Source of the DNA: an uncultured Solirubrobacterales bacterium
Lineage (GTDB): Bacteria > Actinomycetota > Thermoleophilia > Solirubrobacterales > 70-9
Direction: 5' to 3'
DNA length: 64,000 bases
NCBI GenBank assembly: GCA_963797995.1
Contig: CAWCRP010000009.1
Coordinates: 55,337 to 119,336, forward strand
Positions 39,705-49,010 of the stretch are shown in pieces (the stretch's first letter is position 1; every line of letters starts with the position of its first letter). Both the position numbers and the translations under genes were made by a program. Below the pieces are notes generated by a model. It had not been told where the DNA came from. It did no database searches and saw only the letters and a program-made list of their open reading frames with translations.

Positions 39705-40801
39705 GCACGCCGGAGACGAAGGTGGCGGTGGGGCGCGAGGAACGGATCCTCGGGATCATCGAGACCACGCGCCGCAAGCGGCCGCGGTTCAAGGACGAAC
39801 GGATCACGATGGCCCATGGCGCAGGCGGCAAGGCGACGCAGACGCTGATCGAGGGCTTGTTCGCGCCGGCCTTCGGCTCGGAGCAACTCGAGGAACTCGG
39901 CGACTCCGGCACTTTCGAGATCGATGGGGTCAAGCTCGCGACAACTACGGATACCTTCGTCGTTCGCCCACTCAGCTTCCCCGGCGGTTCGATCGGCGAG
40001 CTCGCGGTCAACGGCACCGTCAACGACCTCGCGGCCGCGGGCGCGAAGGCCGCAGTACTCACGCTCGGGCTCGTGCTCGAGGAGGGCCTCGATGCAGACG
40101 TGCTCAAGGCCGAGGTCGAGGCGATCGCGACGGCCGCCGCGGCCGCGGGCGTGCAGGTGATCAGCGGCGACACGAAGGTCGTCGAGCGCGGCCACTGCGA
40201 CGGCATGTACGTGAACACGAGCGGAGTCGGCAGGGTCGATGAGCGGGCGAGCCTGAGCACGCGCTCGATCAAGCCGGGCGACAAGGTGATCGTTTCGGGA
40301 ACGATCGGGGAGCACGGCACCGCGATCATGCTCGTGCGCGGCGAGCTCGGCCTCGAGGCCGATGTGGTCTCCGACACGCGTTCGCTGTGGCCCGCCGCCG
40401 ATGCGCTGCTCGATGCGGCGGGGGGTTCGATCCGCTGCATGCGCGACGCCACGAGGGGGGGCGTCGCCACTGTGCTGAACGAGCTCGCGCGGGCGTCGGC
40501 GGTGGGGGTCACGGTGAAGGAGGCCGACATTCCCGTCCGCCGCGACGTCGCCGGTGCGTGCGAGCTCCTGGGCATCGACCCGATGTACGTCGCCAACGAG
40601 GGCGTGCTCGTCGCCTTCGTCGCGCCGGACGCAGCTGCGCCGGCACTTGCCGCCCTGCGCGCCCTTCCCGGCCACGAGGCGGCGGCAGAACTTGGAGAGG
40701 TCCGGGCGGAGCCGCCCGGGATGGTGTTGGTCGAGACGGCCTTTGGGGGCCGGCGAGTCATGGACCTGCTCGCCGGCGACCCGCTGCCGAGGATCTGTTG
40801 A
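39701..40801 (+). CDS. hypE: Hydrogenase maturation protein HypE (carbamoyl dehydratase)
   Basis: TTGA overlap with hypD. ITMAHGAGG, the AIR-synthase-like fold and the diagnostic C-terminus PRIC are present. Confidence 0.92.
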   Translation: MSTPETKVAVGREERILGIIETTRRKRPRFKDERITMAHGAGGKATQTLIEGLFAPAFGSEQLEELGDSGTFEIDGVKLATTTDTFVVRPLSFPGGSIGELAVNGTVNDLAAAGAKAAVLTLGLVLEEGLDADVLKAEVEAIATAAAAAGVQVISGDTKVVERGHCDGMYVNTSGVGRVDERASLSTRSIKPGDKVIVSGTIGEHGTAIMLVRGELGLEADVVSDTRSLWPAADALLDAAGGSIRCMRDATRGGVATVLNELARASAVGVTVKEADIPVRRDVAGACELLGIDPMYVANEGVLVAFVAPDAAAPALAALRALPGHEAAAELGEVRAEPPGMVLVETAFGGRRVMDLLAGDPLPRIC

Positions 40802-40820
40802 CAAGCGAGGAGAGGTTGAG

Positions 40821-41891
40821 ATGGCCCTGAGCACCCAGTTCGTAACCGATCAGGCGGCGACCGAGGCGGTCGAGGCCCATGTCATCTGGATGACCACCGG
40901 GCTCTCCTGTGATGGCGATTCGGTGGCGATGACGTCAGCGGTCAACCCGAGTCTCGAGGACATCATCACCCAGGCGATCCCGGGGATGCCGAAGGTGCAC
41001 GTGCACAACCCGGTTCTCGCTTATGAGAATGGCGAGGAGTTCATCGAGTGGTGGTGGCGCGCCGAGCGGGGCGAGCTCGACCCCTTCGTTCTGTGCGTCG
41101 AGGGCTCGATCCCGAACGAGCAGCTCTCCGGCGAGGGCCACTGGGCGGCGATCGGCGACGACCCGGAGACGGGCCAGCCGATCACGACGAGCGAGTGGCT
41201 CGACCGCCTCGCTCCGAAGGCGGCAGCGGTGGTCGCGATCGGCACCTGCGCGACCTACGGCGGAATCCCGGCGATGAAGAACAACCCGACCGGCGCCATG
41301 GGCGTCGCCGACCACCTCGGGTGGGACTGGAAGTCATCTGCGGGTCTTCCCGTGGTCAACATCCCCGGCTGCCCGGCGCAACCGGACAACATGACCGAGG
41401 TCCTGCTCTACCTCGCCCTGCATCTGGCGGGGCGCGCCCCGGTGCCCGACCTCGACGAGCAGCTCCGCCCACGCTGGCTCTTCGGCCGCACGGTGCGCGA
41501 GGGTTGCAACCGCGCGGGCTTCGCCGAGCAGGGTCAGTTCGCGACCGAGTACGGCGACGACCCCCGCTGCCTGGTCAAGCTCGGCTGCAAGGGCCCGGTG
41601 GTCAAGTGCAACGTGCCGGTTCGCGGCTGGGTCGACGGCTACGGCGGCTGCCCCAATGTCGGCGGCATCTGCATGGCCTGCACGATGCCCGGCTTCCCCG
41701 ACAAGTTCATGCCGTTCATGGACCCCGACGCGGCCGGCGCGTTCGCCGCCCGGCTCGAGAAGTTCACCTACGGGCCCCTGTTCAGGTACTTCCGCCACCG
41801 CAACATCAAGAACCGCTACGACATCGAGCCCGAGTGGCGGAAGCCCACCACCAGGCTTACGAGCGGCTACCAGCCGCGCAACTACACCTAG
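40821..41891 (+). CDS. hhyS: [NiFe]-hydrogenase small subunit, group 1h type (no Tat signal)
   Basis: The conserved core begins about 20 aa after the Met (HVIWMTTGLSCDGDS), with no RRxFxK leader. The Fe-S ligand regions are GTCATYGG, PGCP and CPNVGGICMACTMPGFPD. Confidence 0.88.
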   Translation: MALSTQFVTDQAATEAVEAHVIWMTTGLSCDGDSVAMTSAVNPSLEDIITQAIPGMPKVHVHNPVLAYENGEEFIEWWWRAERGELDPFVLCVEGSIPNEQLSGEGHWAAIGDDPETGQPITTSEWLDRLAPKAAAVVAIGTCATYGGIPAMKNNPTGAMGVADHLGWDWKSSAGLPVVNIPGCPAQPDNMTEVLLYLALHLAGRAPVPDLDEQLRPRWLFGRTVREGCNRAGFAEQGQFATEYGDDPRCLVKLGCKGPVVKCNVPVRGWVDGYGGCPNVGGICMACTMPGFPDKFMPFMDPDAAGAFAARLEKFTYGPLFRYFRHRNIKNRYDIEPEWRKPTTRLTSGYQPRNYT

Positions 41892-41924
41892 ACCCGCGCA
41901 CCCCGACTGAGGAGAGAGAACGAA

Positions 41925-43709
41925 ATGGCGACAGTAGAGACACCGCGCGGCGACTCCAAGGTGATGGTCAAGGAGATGTCGTGGGATCCGATCACCCGGA
42001 TCGTCGGCTCACTCGGCATCCACACCGAGATCGACTTCGAGAACCGGGAGGTCCTCAAGTGCTACAGCACGTCGATGATCTTCCGCGGATTCGACATCTT
42101 CATGAAGGGGATCGATCCGCGCGACGCGCACTTCATCACCAGCCGGATCTGCGGCATCTGCGGTGACAACCACTGCACCGTCTCCTGCCTCAATCAGAAC
42201 ATGGCCTACGGGGTGAAGCCGCCGCCGCTCGGCGACCTCGCCTTCAACCTGGCCGAGGCCGCGGACTACATGTTCGACCACGCGATCTTCAACGACTGCA
42301 TGGCGAACGTCGACTTCTGCGAGCAGATGGTCAAGGAGACGAACCCGTCGCTCCTGGCCAAGGCCGAGCAGGAACTGGCGCCGAACTCCGACGTGCACGG
42401 CTACCGGACGATCGCCGACATCATGCGCTCGCTGAACCCGTTCGTCGGCGAGTTCTACCTCGAGACGCTTCAGGTCTCGCGCTACACGCGCGAGATGTAC
42501 TGCCTCTTCGGCGGCCGCCACACGCACCCGTCGACGATCATGCCCGGCGGCTGCAGCGCTCACATCACCCACCAGACGCTGACCGATTACTACGTGCGGC
42601 TGATGCGCTACTTCGACTACGTCAAGCGCAGCGTGCCGATGCACGACGACCTCTACGACTTCTTCCTTCGCGAGCTGCCCGGCTACGACATGGTCGGCTA
42701 CCGCGAGACGGACCTGGTCTGCTGGGGCGCCTTCGACGATCCCGACTACGTCGACTACGACTACAAGACGATGAACGAGTGGGGGAACAAGCGCTACATC
42801 ACCCCCGGCGTGGTCTTCGGCGGCGAGCTGATCTCAACCGACCTGGTCGAGATCAACCTGATGATCAGGATCCTGCTCGGCTCGTCCTATTTCGACGACT
42901 GGACCGAGACGGAGCAGCCGTTCGTGACCCAGGACCCGCTCGGCAATCCCGTCGACCCGCGCCACCCGTGGAACAAGGTGACGATCCCGAAGCCGCAAAA
43001 GCGCGACTTCGCCGACAAGTACAGCTGGGTCGTCTCGCCGCGGATGTACGACGAGCGCAACGACCGCCACGTCGCCTGCGACACCGGCGGCGGCCCGTTC
43101 GCCCGCCAGTGGGTGACGGCCAAGGCAGGCCTCGTCGACTTCGGCTACGCGAAGGCGACCGGCCATTCGCTGCAGATGGTGCTGCCGAAGACGGCGAGCT
43201 CGGGCGAGATGCAGCTCGAGTGGGAGATCCCGGAGAAGTCGAACGCGATCGAACGCGATCGCGCTCGCACCTATCACCAGGCCTACTCGGCCCTGATCGG
43301 CCTCCACTGTCTCGAACGTGCGTTCATCGAGGTCCGCGCCGGGCGAACGAAGAGCTGGAGCGACTTCACCGTTCCGGACCAGGCCGTCAGCGTCGGCTTC
43401 CACGAGGCGGCGCGAGGTGTGATCTCTCACCACATGGTCATCGACGGCGGCAAGATCGCCAACTACCAGCCCTATCCGCCGACGCCGTGGAACGCCAGCG
43501 TCCGCGACGTCTACGGAACTCCCGGCCCTTATGAGGATGCGGTGCAGAACACGCCGATCTTCGAGGAGAACGGCCCGGAGAACTTCAAGGGCATCGACAT
43601 CATGCGGGCGGTCCGCAGCTTTGATCCGTGCCTGCCGTGTGGCGTGCACATGTACACCGGCGGCGGGCGCGTGCGCAAGGTGCAGCACACGCCGACGGGG
43701 ATGTGTTGA
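41925..43709 (+). CDS. hhyL: [NiFe]-hydrogenase large subunit, group 1h (high-affinity, Hhy-type)
   Basis: L1 motif TSRICGICGDNHC and L2 motif SFDPCLPCGVHMY match the group 5/1h signatures as I recall them. The 594-aa length fits. Confidence 0.9.
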   Translation: MATVETPRGDSKVMVKEMSWDPITRIVGSLGIHTEIDFENREVLKCYSTSMIFRGFDIFMKGIDPRDAHFITSRICGICGDNHCTVSCLNQNMAYGVKPPPLGDLAFNLAEAADYMFDHAIFNDCMANVDFCEQMVKETNPSLLAKAEQELAPNSDVHGYRTIADIMRSLNPFVGEFYLETLQVSRYTREMYCLFGGRHTHPSTIMPGGCSAHITHQTLTDYYVRLMRYFDYVKRSVPMHDDLYDFFLRELPGYDMVGYRETDLVCWGAFDDPDYVDYDYKTMNEWGNKRYITPGVVFGGELISTDLVEINLMIRILLGSSYFDDWTETEQPFVTQDPLGNPVDPRHPWNKVTIPKPQKRDFADKYSWVVSPRMYDERNDRHVACDTGGGPFARQWVTAKAGLVDFGYAKATGHSLQMVLPKTASSGEMQLEWEIPEKSNAIERDRARTYHQAYSALIGLHCLERAFIEVRAGRTKSWSDFTVPDQAVSVGFHEAARGVISHHMVIDGGKIANYQPYPPTPWNASVRDVYGTPGPYEDAVQNTPIFEENGPENFKGIDIMRAVRSFDPCLPCGVHMYTGGGRVRKVQHTPTGMC

Positions 43710-44623
43710 GCGGCGGATCTGGCAACGGCACCGTCGCGCGTCCCGTCGCGCCCGAGGAGCTGATCGAGCGCGTCCAGCGGCTCACGGGCGAGCTCGAGCG
43801 GGTCGCCGACCCGGCGGCGCGGCGCGCCTGCGACGAGCTCGTCGCCGCCGTAATCGAGCTGTACGGCGAGGGCCTCGGGCGGATCTTCGCCGCCGTCGGC
43901 GAGAGCACCGATGCGGAGCTGGCCGGACGGCTCGCGGAGGACGGCGCCGTCGCCAGCCTGATGCTGATCCACGACCTCTACCCGGTCGGCCTCGCCGAGC
44001 GGGTCACCGAGGCGCTCGACAGCGTGCGGCCCTACATGGAGTCGCACGGTGGCAACGTCGAGCTCCTCGGGGTCGAGGACGGAATCGCCCGCATCCGTCT
44101 CGAGGGCAGCTGCGACGGCTGCCCGGCCTCCTCCTCGACGCTCGAGCTCGCGATCAAATCGGCGCTCGACGAGATGGCGCCCGACCTCGAGGGGCTGGTA
44201 GTGGAGGGTGCCGTTCAGACGCCTGTGACTGCGCCGCCGCCGATCGGGAACGGAGCGCTCGAGCTCCCCGTGGTCCAGGTCGCATCCGATCCGCTCGCGG
44301 GCGCTCAGCCGCCCTCGTGGTTCGACCTCGACGGCGTCGCCGCCGTCGGCGAGGGCGAGCTCAGCTCGGCCGAGGTCGGCGGCACGGCGATCGTCGTCGC
44401 CAGGGTCGAGGGCAACCTGCTCGCTTTCCGCGACGTCTGTGCCGGCTGCGGCGCCTCGTTGGCCACGGCAAGCCTGAGCGAGGGCACGCTCACCTGCGGC
44501 GAGTGCGAGCGAAGCTTCTTCCTGCCGCGCGCCGGCCGCTCCCTGGACGACGACCGTCTGCTGCTCTCGCCGGTACCGCTGCTCGACGGGGCGGGCGGCG
44601 CCAGGGTGGCACTGCCCGCGTGA
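43703..44623 (+). CDS. HhyE-like putative Fe-S protein: NifU/Nfu-type domain plus a C-terminal Rieske-fold-like domain with a 4-Cys motif
   Basis: The GTG overlaps the hhyL stop by 7 nt. The Nfu-like part is VRPYMESHGGNVELLGVEDGIARIRLEGSCDGCPASSSTLE. The C-terminal part is FRDVCAGCGASL-x-LTCGECERSF. Confidence 0.7.
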   Translation: MLSGGSGNGTVARPVAPEELIERVQRLTGELERVADPAARRACDELVAAVIELYGEGLGRIFAAVGESTDAELAGRLAEDGAVASLMLIHDLYPVGLAERVTEALDSVRPYMESHGGNVELLGVEDGIARIRLEGSCDGCPASSSTLELAIKSALDEMAPDLEGLVVEGAVQTPVTAPPPIGNGALELPVVQVASDPLAGAQPPSWFDLDGVAAVGEGELSSAEVGGTAIVVARVEGNLLAFRDVCAGCGASLATASLSEGTLTCGECERSFFLPRAGRSLDDDRLLLSPVPLLDGAGGARVALPA

Positions 44624-44633
44624 GCGCACGAGG

Positions 44634-45323
44634 ATGAGCGAAGCGCTCGACGCCAAGGTCGCCGCCCGCCGCCAGGCGGAGCTGGTCACCAGCTTGCGTC
44701 GCCTGGCCCGGCCCGGCAACGGTGCGGCGGGGGCGAAGGCGGCGGGCCCGGCCCTGCGAGACGTGTCGACCGCCGCCGCGGCGGAGGAGCAGTGCGACCT
44801 CTGCGGCAAGCCGCTCGACCACGAGCATCGGCACCTGCTTCACCTGGTCGATCGCCGCATCCTCTGCACCTGCGAGAGCTGCCTGGCGATGCGCGGCGGC
44901 GACGCCGAGCTGCGTCCGACCGGGACGCGCACCCTGTGGCTCGACGACTTCGAGCTCTCCGACGAGGTGTGGGCCTCGTTCGGAATCCCGATCGGGCTCG
45001 CATTCTTCATCGACTCGAGCGTCAGCGGCAGCGTCGTCGCTCTTTACCCGAGCCCGGCCGGGGCGACCGAGTCCGAGCTCGAGATTGGCTCCTGGCGCGA
45101 TCTGCGGACCGAGAACCCGGTCCTCATGGGCCTCGAATCGGACGCTGAGGCGCTGATCGTGAACCGGATGGGGGAGACGCCCCAGTACGCGATCGCGCCG
45201 ATCGACGAGTGCTACCGCCTCGTCGGCCTGATCAAGGTGAACTGGGAGGGGATCTCGGGCGGTAGCGGCCTCGAACGAGCGATCGCCGGCTTCTTCGCCG
45301 AGCTCGAGGAGCGCGCGAGGTGA
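44634..45323 (+). CDS. Conserved hydrogenase-cluster protein of unknown function (DUF5947-like)
   Basis: Intact 229-aa ORF with the Cys/His cluster CDLCGKPLDHEHRHLLHLVDRRILCTCESC. The family name is recalled, not verified. Confidence 0.6.
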   Translation: MSEALDAKVAARRQAELVTSLRRLARPGNGAAGAKAAGPALRDVSTAAAAEEQCDLCGKPLDHEHRHLLHLVDRRILCTCESCLAMRGGDAELRPTGTRTLWLDDFELSDEVWASFGIPIGLAFFIDSSVSGSVVALYPSPAGATESELEIGSWRDLRTENPVLMGLESDAEALIVNRMGETPQYAIAPIDECYRLVGLIKVNWEGISGGSGLERAIAGFFAELEERAR

Positions 45324-46078
45324 GCGGCAAACCCTCGAATGGGAACGGCGCGCCGGTGCCGGGCGGGGGCCGGCCGGGCGTGGTCGAGGATCTCAACCGC
45401 GAGATCGAGGAGCCACCGTTCACCGGCGCTCCCGACCCGGACTTCGAGGTCCTCTCGGCGAAGCCGGTCGAGCGGGCGGCGGCGCCGACGGTCGGGTTCA
45501 CGGTCCGGGTCACCGACGGCTCGGCGCGGCGCGTGTTCACGATCGCGCTCACCGCCGTGATCACGGTCGAGCCCTCGAAGCGCCCGTATGACCCGGCGAC
45601 CCGCACGCGCCTGGTGGAGCTGTTCGGCGAGCCGGAGCGCTGGGCGTCGACCACGACCAACTTTCGCTGGGCGCAGGCCGATGCCCTCGTCCCCGGCTTC
45701 GAGGGCTCGTCCGAGTTCGAGCTCGTCGTTCCCTGCACCTACGACCTCGAGATTGCGGCGGCGAAGTACTTCCACGGCCTCGACGACGGCGCGGCGCCGC
45801 TTCGCTTCCATTTCAACGGCACTGTCTTCTACGAGGCTCAGGACGGGCGGATGCAGATCGTCCAGATCCCCTGGGACCGCTCGCCGCGTTTCCGGATGCC
45901 GATCTCGGTCTGGCGCGAGACCATCGATACGGCTTATCCGTTCCGTGGCTGGATTCCAACGCATACGGACACGATCGCGAAGCTCGAGCGGATCAAGTCG
46001 GCGCGCGGCCTGCCGACGTTCGACGCGGTTCTCGACGATCTGATCGGGAGCGAGGCAGAGCCGGAGGGGACCCCGTGA
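45320..46078 (+). CDS. Conserved hydrogenase-cluster protein of unknown function (DUF6084-like)
   Basis: GTGA overlap with the preceding gene. Intact 252-aa ORF. The family name is recalled, not verified. Confidence 0.6.
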   Translation: MSGKPSNGNGAPVPGGGRPGVVEDLNREIEEPPFTGAPDPDFEVLSAKPVERAAAPTVGFTVRVTDGSARRVFTIALTAVITVEPSKRPYDPATRTRLVELFGEPERWASTTTNFRWAQADALVPGFEGSSEFELVVPCTYDLEIAAAKYFHGLDDGAAPLRFHFNGTVFYEAQDGRMQIVQIPWDRSPRFRMPISVWRETIDTAYPFRGWIPTHTDTIAKLERIKSARGLPTFDAVLDDLIGSEAEPEGTP

Positions 46079-47346
46079 ACGAGCACACGGAGAGCCTCGT
46101 CTCCTCACTGCTCTACGAGGGCTACGCGCTCTACCCCTACACGCCCGGGGCGACCAAGAACGCGACGCCGACGCCGTTCGGCATCGTCTATCCGCCGGCA
46201 TACGCAGAGCGCAACAAGGCCACCTTCGACCACCTGCGGGTCGAGTGCATCCTCGCGGCGTCCGCGAGCGCGATGCTGGGCGCGACGGTCCGCTTCCTGC
46301 ACGCCGCGGGACCCCGGCACAGCGCGGTCGAGCGACGCGTCGAGATACCGCCGACCCCGCTCGGCGAGCTCGCCCTCGATCGCGGCCGCGGAGTGGAGTT
46401 CGAGTTCGAGGGTGAGGCCGGGCGGCCCTTGAACGGCCGGGTGCGTCTGCGCGCCGAGCTCCTCGACGTCCTCGACGACGACGCCCGCCAGCTCGCCCGG
46501 GTCCGCTGCTGCGTCCACAATGCGACGCCGCTCGATACCGAGGAGGCGCTGCGGTTCGAGCGGCCCGACGCGCTCCTCGCGAGCCTGCTCTCGACTCACG
46601 TGCTGATCGAGGCCGGCGCGGGCACATTCGTCTCGCCGCTCGAGCGGGACGGGATCGCGGGTGCCGCGGCCGCCGCCTGCGAGAACGTCAACACCTGGCC
46701 GGTGCTGGCGACCCCCGCCGACGACGCGGTTCTCGCGGCCCCGATCTTCCTCCCCGAGCACCCGCGGATCGCACCCGAGAGCCTCGGCAACCTGTTCGAC
46801 AACACCGAGATCGAGGAGGCGCTCCTGCTCCACGTGCAAACGCTGAGCGATGAGGAGCGCGAGCAGATCGCCGAGCAGGATCCGACCGTGCGGGCGATGA
46901 TCGACAAGGCCACGGCGACGACGCCGGAGGAGATGATCTCCCTGCACGGCAAGATGGCGCCGGTCGAGCAGGTCGATGGCCGCGGCGGCTTCGACACGGC
47001 CTATCAGGCGGCGCCGCCGATGCCGGCCGATCCGGGCCCCCCGGCCGAGCCCGGGCATCCGAACCCCGGCGAGACGACGCTCGAGCTGGAAGGCCGCAGA
47101 TTCCGCAAGGGAGGCAAGGTGGTCCTGCGACCGGGGACCGAACGGGACGTCCTCGACCGCATGCTCGACGGGCGCACGGCGACCATCGAGCGCCTCTACA
47201 TCGACTACGAGGATGGCGCCCATGTCGCGGTGACGATCGACGACGATCCCGGCCAGGAGCTCTTCCGCCAGACAGGCCGTTACCTCTTCTTCAAGGCCGG
47301 CGAGCTCGAGCCGGTGGACGAGCCCGCCGAGGCCGAGCATGCCTGA
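46075..47346 (+). CDS. Hypothetical protein (423 aa) of the hydrogenase cluster
   Basis: GTGA overlap with the preceding gene and an 8-nt overlap with the protease gene. No motif recognised. Confidence 0.6.
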   Translation: MNEHTESLVSSLLYEGYALYPYTPGATKNATPTPFGIVYPPAYAERNKATFDHLRVECILAASASAMLGATVRFLHAAGPRHSAVERRVEIPPTPLGELALDRGRGVEFEFEGEAGRPLNGRVRLRAELLDVLDDDARQLARVRCCVHNATPLDTEEALRFERPDALLASLLSTHVLIEAGAGTFVSPLERDGIAGAAAAACENVNTWPVLATPADDAVLAAPIFLPEHPRIAPESLGNLFDNTEIEEALLLHVQTLSDEEREQIAEQDPTVRAMIDKATATTPEEMISLHGKMAPVEQVDGRGGFDTAYQAAPPMPADPGPPAEPGHPNPGETTLELEGRRFRKGGKVVLRPGTERDVLDRMLDGRTATIERLYIDYEDGAHVAVTIDDDPGQELFRQTGRYLFFKAGELEPVDEPAEAEHA

Positions 47347-47872
47347 GCGTCGGCGCAGGGTGCTGGTCGCCGGGATCGGCAACACCTGGATGGCCGACGA
47401 CGGCTTCGGTGCCCATGTCGCCAAGCGGCTCGCCGAGCGTGGCGTGCCCGAGCAGGTGACCGTCTTCGACTTCGGCACGGGCGGCCTCGATCTCGCCTAC
47501 GAGGTGATGCAGGGCTACGACGCGCTCGTCCTGGTCGACACGGCCCGGGAGGGCGGCGAGGCGGGCGCCCTCTACCTGATCGAGCCCGACCCGGACGAGA
47601 TCAAGCCGATCGAGGACGGCGAGGTCGTCAGCCCACACGGCATGGACCCGAAGACGGTCCTGCGCTTCGTCAAGACGGTGAACGGCTGGCCCGGCAAGGT
47701 AGTCGTCGTCGCCTGCGAGCCCTCGGCCGGCGAGGGGATGGGACTGGAGCTCTCGGCCGCCGTCGCCGGCTCGGTCGATCGCGCCGCCGATCTGGTCCTC
47801 GAGACGGTGGCGAATCTGCTCACGGACGAGGGCTATCAGGACGAGGCGATGAGTGAGCAGGCGAGCGGCTGA
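47339..47872 (+). CDS. Hydrogenase maturation endopeptidase (HupD/HyaD/HybD family)
   Basis: VLVAGIGNTWMADDGFGAHVA...FGTGGLDLAYEVM...LVLVD are typical protease motifs. Confidence 0.88.
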   Translation: MPERRRRVLVAGIGNTWMADDGFGAHVAKRLAERGVPEQVTVFDFGTGGLDLAYEVMQGYDALVLVDTAREGGEAGALYLIEPDPDEIKPIEDGEVVSPHGMDPKTVLRFVKTVNGWPGKVVVVACEPSAGEGMGLELSAAVAGSVDRAADLVLETVANLLTDEGYQDEAMSEQASG

Positions 47873-48300
47873 TGCACGAGCTCTCGGTCTCGAGCGCGAT
47901 CGTCGATACGGCAATCCGCCACGCCGCCGGGCGGCCGGTGACGGTCGTCAGCGTCCGCATCGGCAGCCTGCGCCAGGTCGTCGCCGACTCGCTCGCGTTC
48001 TATTTCGAGATCGTCTCGCGTGACACGCTCGCTGACGGCGCCGAGCTCGAGATCGAGCACGTCACCGCCCTGATGCAGTGCCGCGTCTGCGATCACGAGT
48101 GGGATCCGGCGCCGCCGCCGCTCGAGATCGACGCCGAGGTGCCCCTGGCGGCCGGGGCCGGAATGCCCGTTCTGCCGGTGTTCCGCTGTCCGGCCTGCGA
48201 GGCGAGCGGGGCCCGGGTTCTGCGCGGCGACGAGCTCGAGGTCGAGTCGATCGAGGTTTCGGATTCCGCGAGGGCGCCCGCGCACGGCGCCGCCCACTAG
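47872..48300 (+). CDS. hypA: Hydrogenase nickel-insertion protein HypA
   Basis: MHELSVSSAIVDT (the MHE nickel site) and the zinc motifs CRVCDHEW...FRCPAC. Confidence 0.9.
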   Translation: MHELSVSSAIVDTAIRHAAGRPVTVVSVRIGSLRQVVADSLAFYFEIVSRDTLADGAELEIEHVTALMQCRVCDHEWDPAPPPLEIDAEVPLAAGAGMPVLPVFRCPACEASGARVLRGDELEVESIEVSDSARAPAHGAAH

Positions 48301-48314
48301 CGAGGAGGCAGCGC

Positions 48315-49010
48315 ATGCACCGAACGAAGATCAGGGTCGCCGAGGACGCGCTCGACGCGAACGAGACGATCGCACGCGCCAACCGCGACGACTTCGACCG
48401 CTCGAACGTGCGCGTCGTCAATCTGATGAGCGCGCCCGGCGCCGGCAAGACGACCCTGCTCGAGGCGACGCTTCGCGGGCTCGACGGCGTCCGCCCCGGC
48501 GTGCTCGAGGGCGACGTCCAGGGTTCGCTCGACGCCGACCGCCTCGCGGCCTTGCACATCCCGGTGACCCAGCTCAACACGGGCCAGGGCTTCGGCGGCG
48601 AGTGCCACCTCGACGCGAACATGGTCCGCTCCGCGATCCCCGCGCTCGACCTCGACGCGATCGACCTGCTGGTGATCGAGAACGTCGGCAACCTCGTCTG
48701 CCCGGCGGAGTTCCGAGTCGGCGAGGACGTGCGGGCGATGATCACCTCGGTCACCGAGGGGGAGGACAAGCCGCTCAAGTACCCGCTGATGTTCCGAGCC
48801 TGCGAGCTGGTGGTGATCAACAAGATCGACCTGCTGCCGCATCTCGAGTTCGACGTCGAGCGGCTGATCGCGAACGTCGACACGGTCAACCCCGGCGCGG
48901 CGACCATGCTGGTCAGCGCGAAGACCGGGGAGGGCGTCGGGGAGTTCCGCGAATGGCTTCGTGGGGCGGCGACAGGCGCCTCGGCGGAAGCGGCGGTCGC
49001 ATCGGCGTGA
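48315..49010 (+). CDS. hypB: Hydrogenase nickel-incorporation GTPase HypB
   Basis: A GAGGAGG RBS is present. The P-loop is SAPGAGKTTLL, with a CH motif (GGECHLDA), ENVGNLVCPA and the NKIDL G4 motif. Confidence 0.9.
   Translation: MHRTKIRVAEDALDANETIARANRDDFDRSNVRVVNLMSAPGAGKTTLLEATLRGLDGVRPGVLEGDVQGSLDADRLAALHIPVTQLNTGQGFGGECHLDANMVRSAIPALDLDAIDLLVIENVGNLVCPAEFRVGEDVRAMITSVTEGEDKPLKYPLMFRACELVVINKIDLLPHLEFDVERLIANVDTVNPGAATMLVSAKTGEGVGEFREWLRGAATGASAEAAVASA

Noticed and set aside
40821-40900. A Tat signal on the hydrogenase small subunit, which would indicate a periplasmic group 1a-1f uptake enzyme.
   Set aside because: There is no RRxFxK motif. The conserved core starts about 20 residues after the Met, consistent with a cytosolic or membrane-associated group 1h enzyme.
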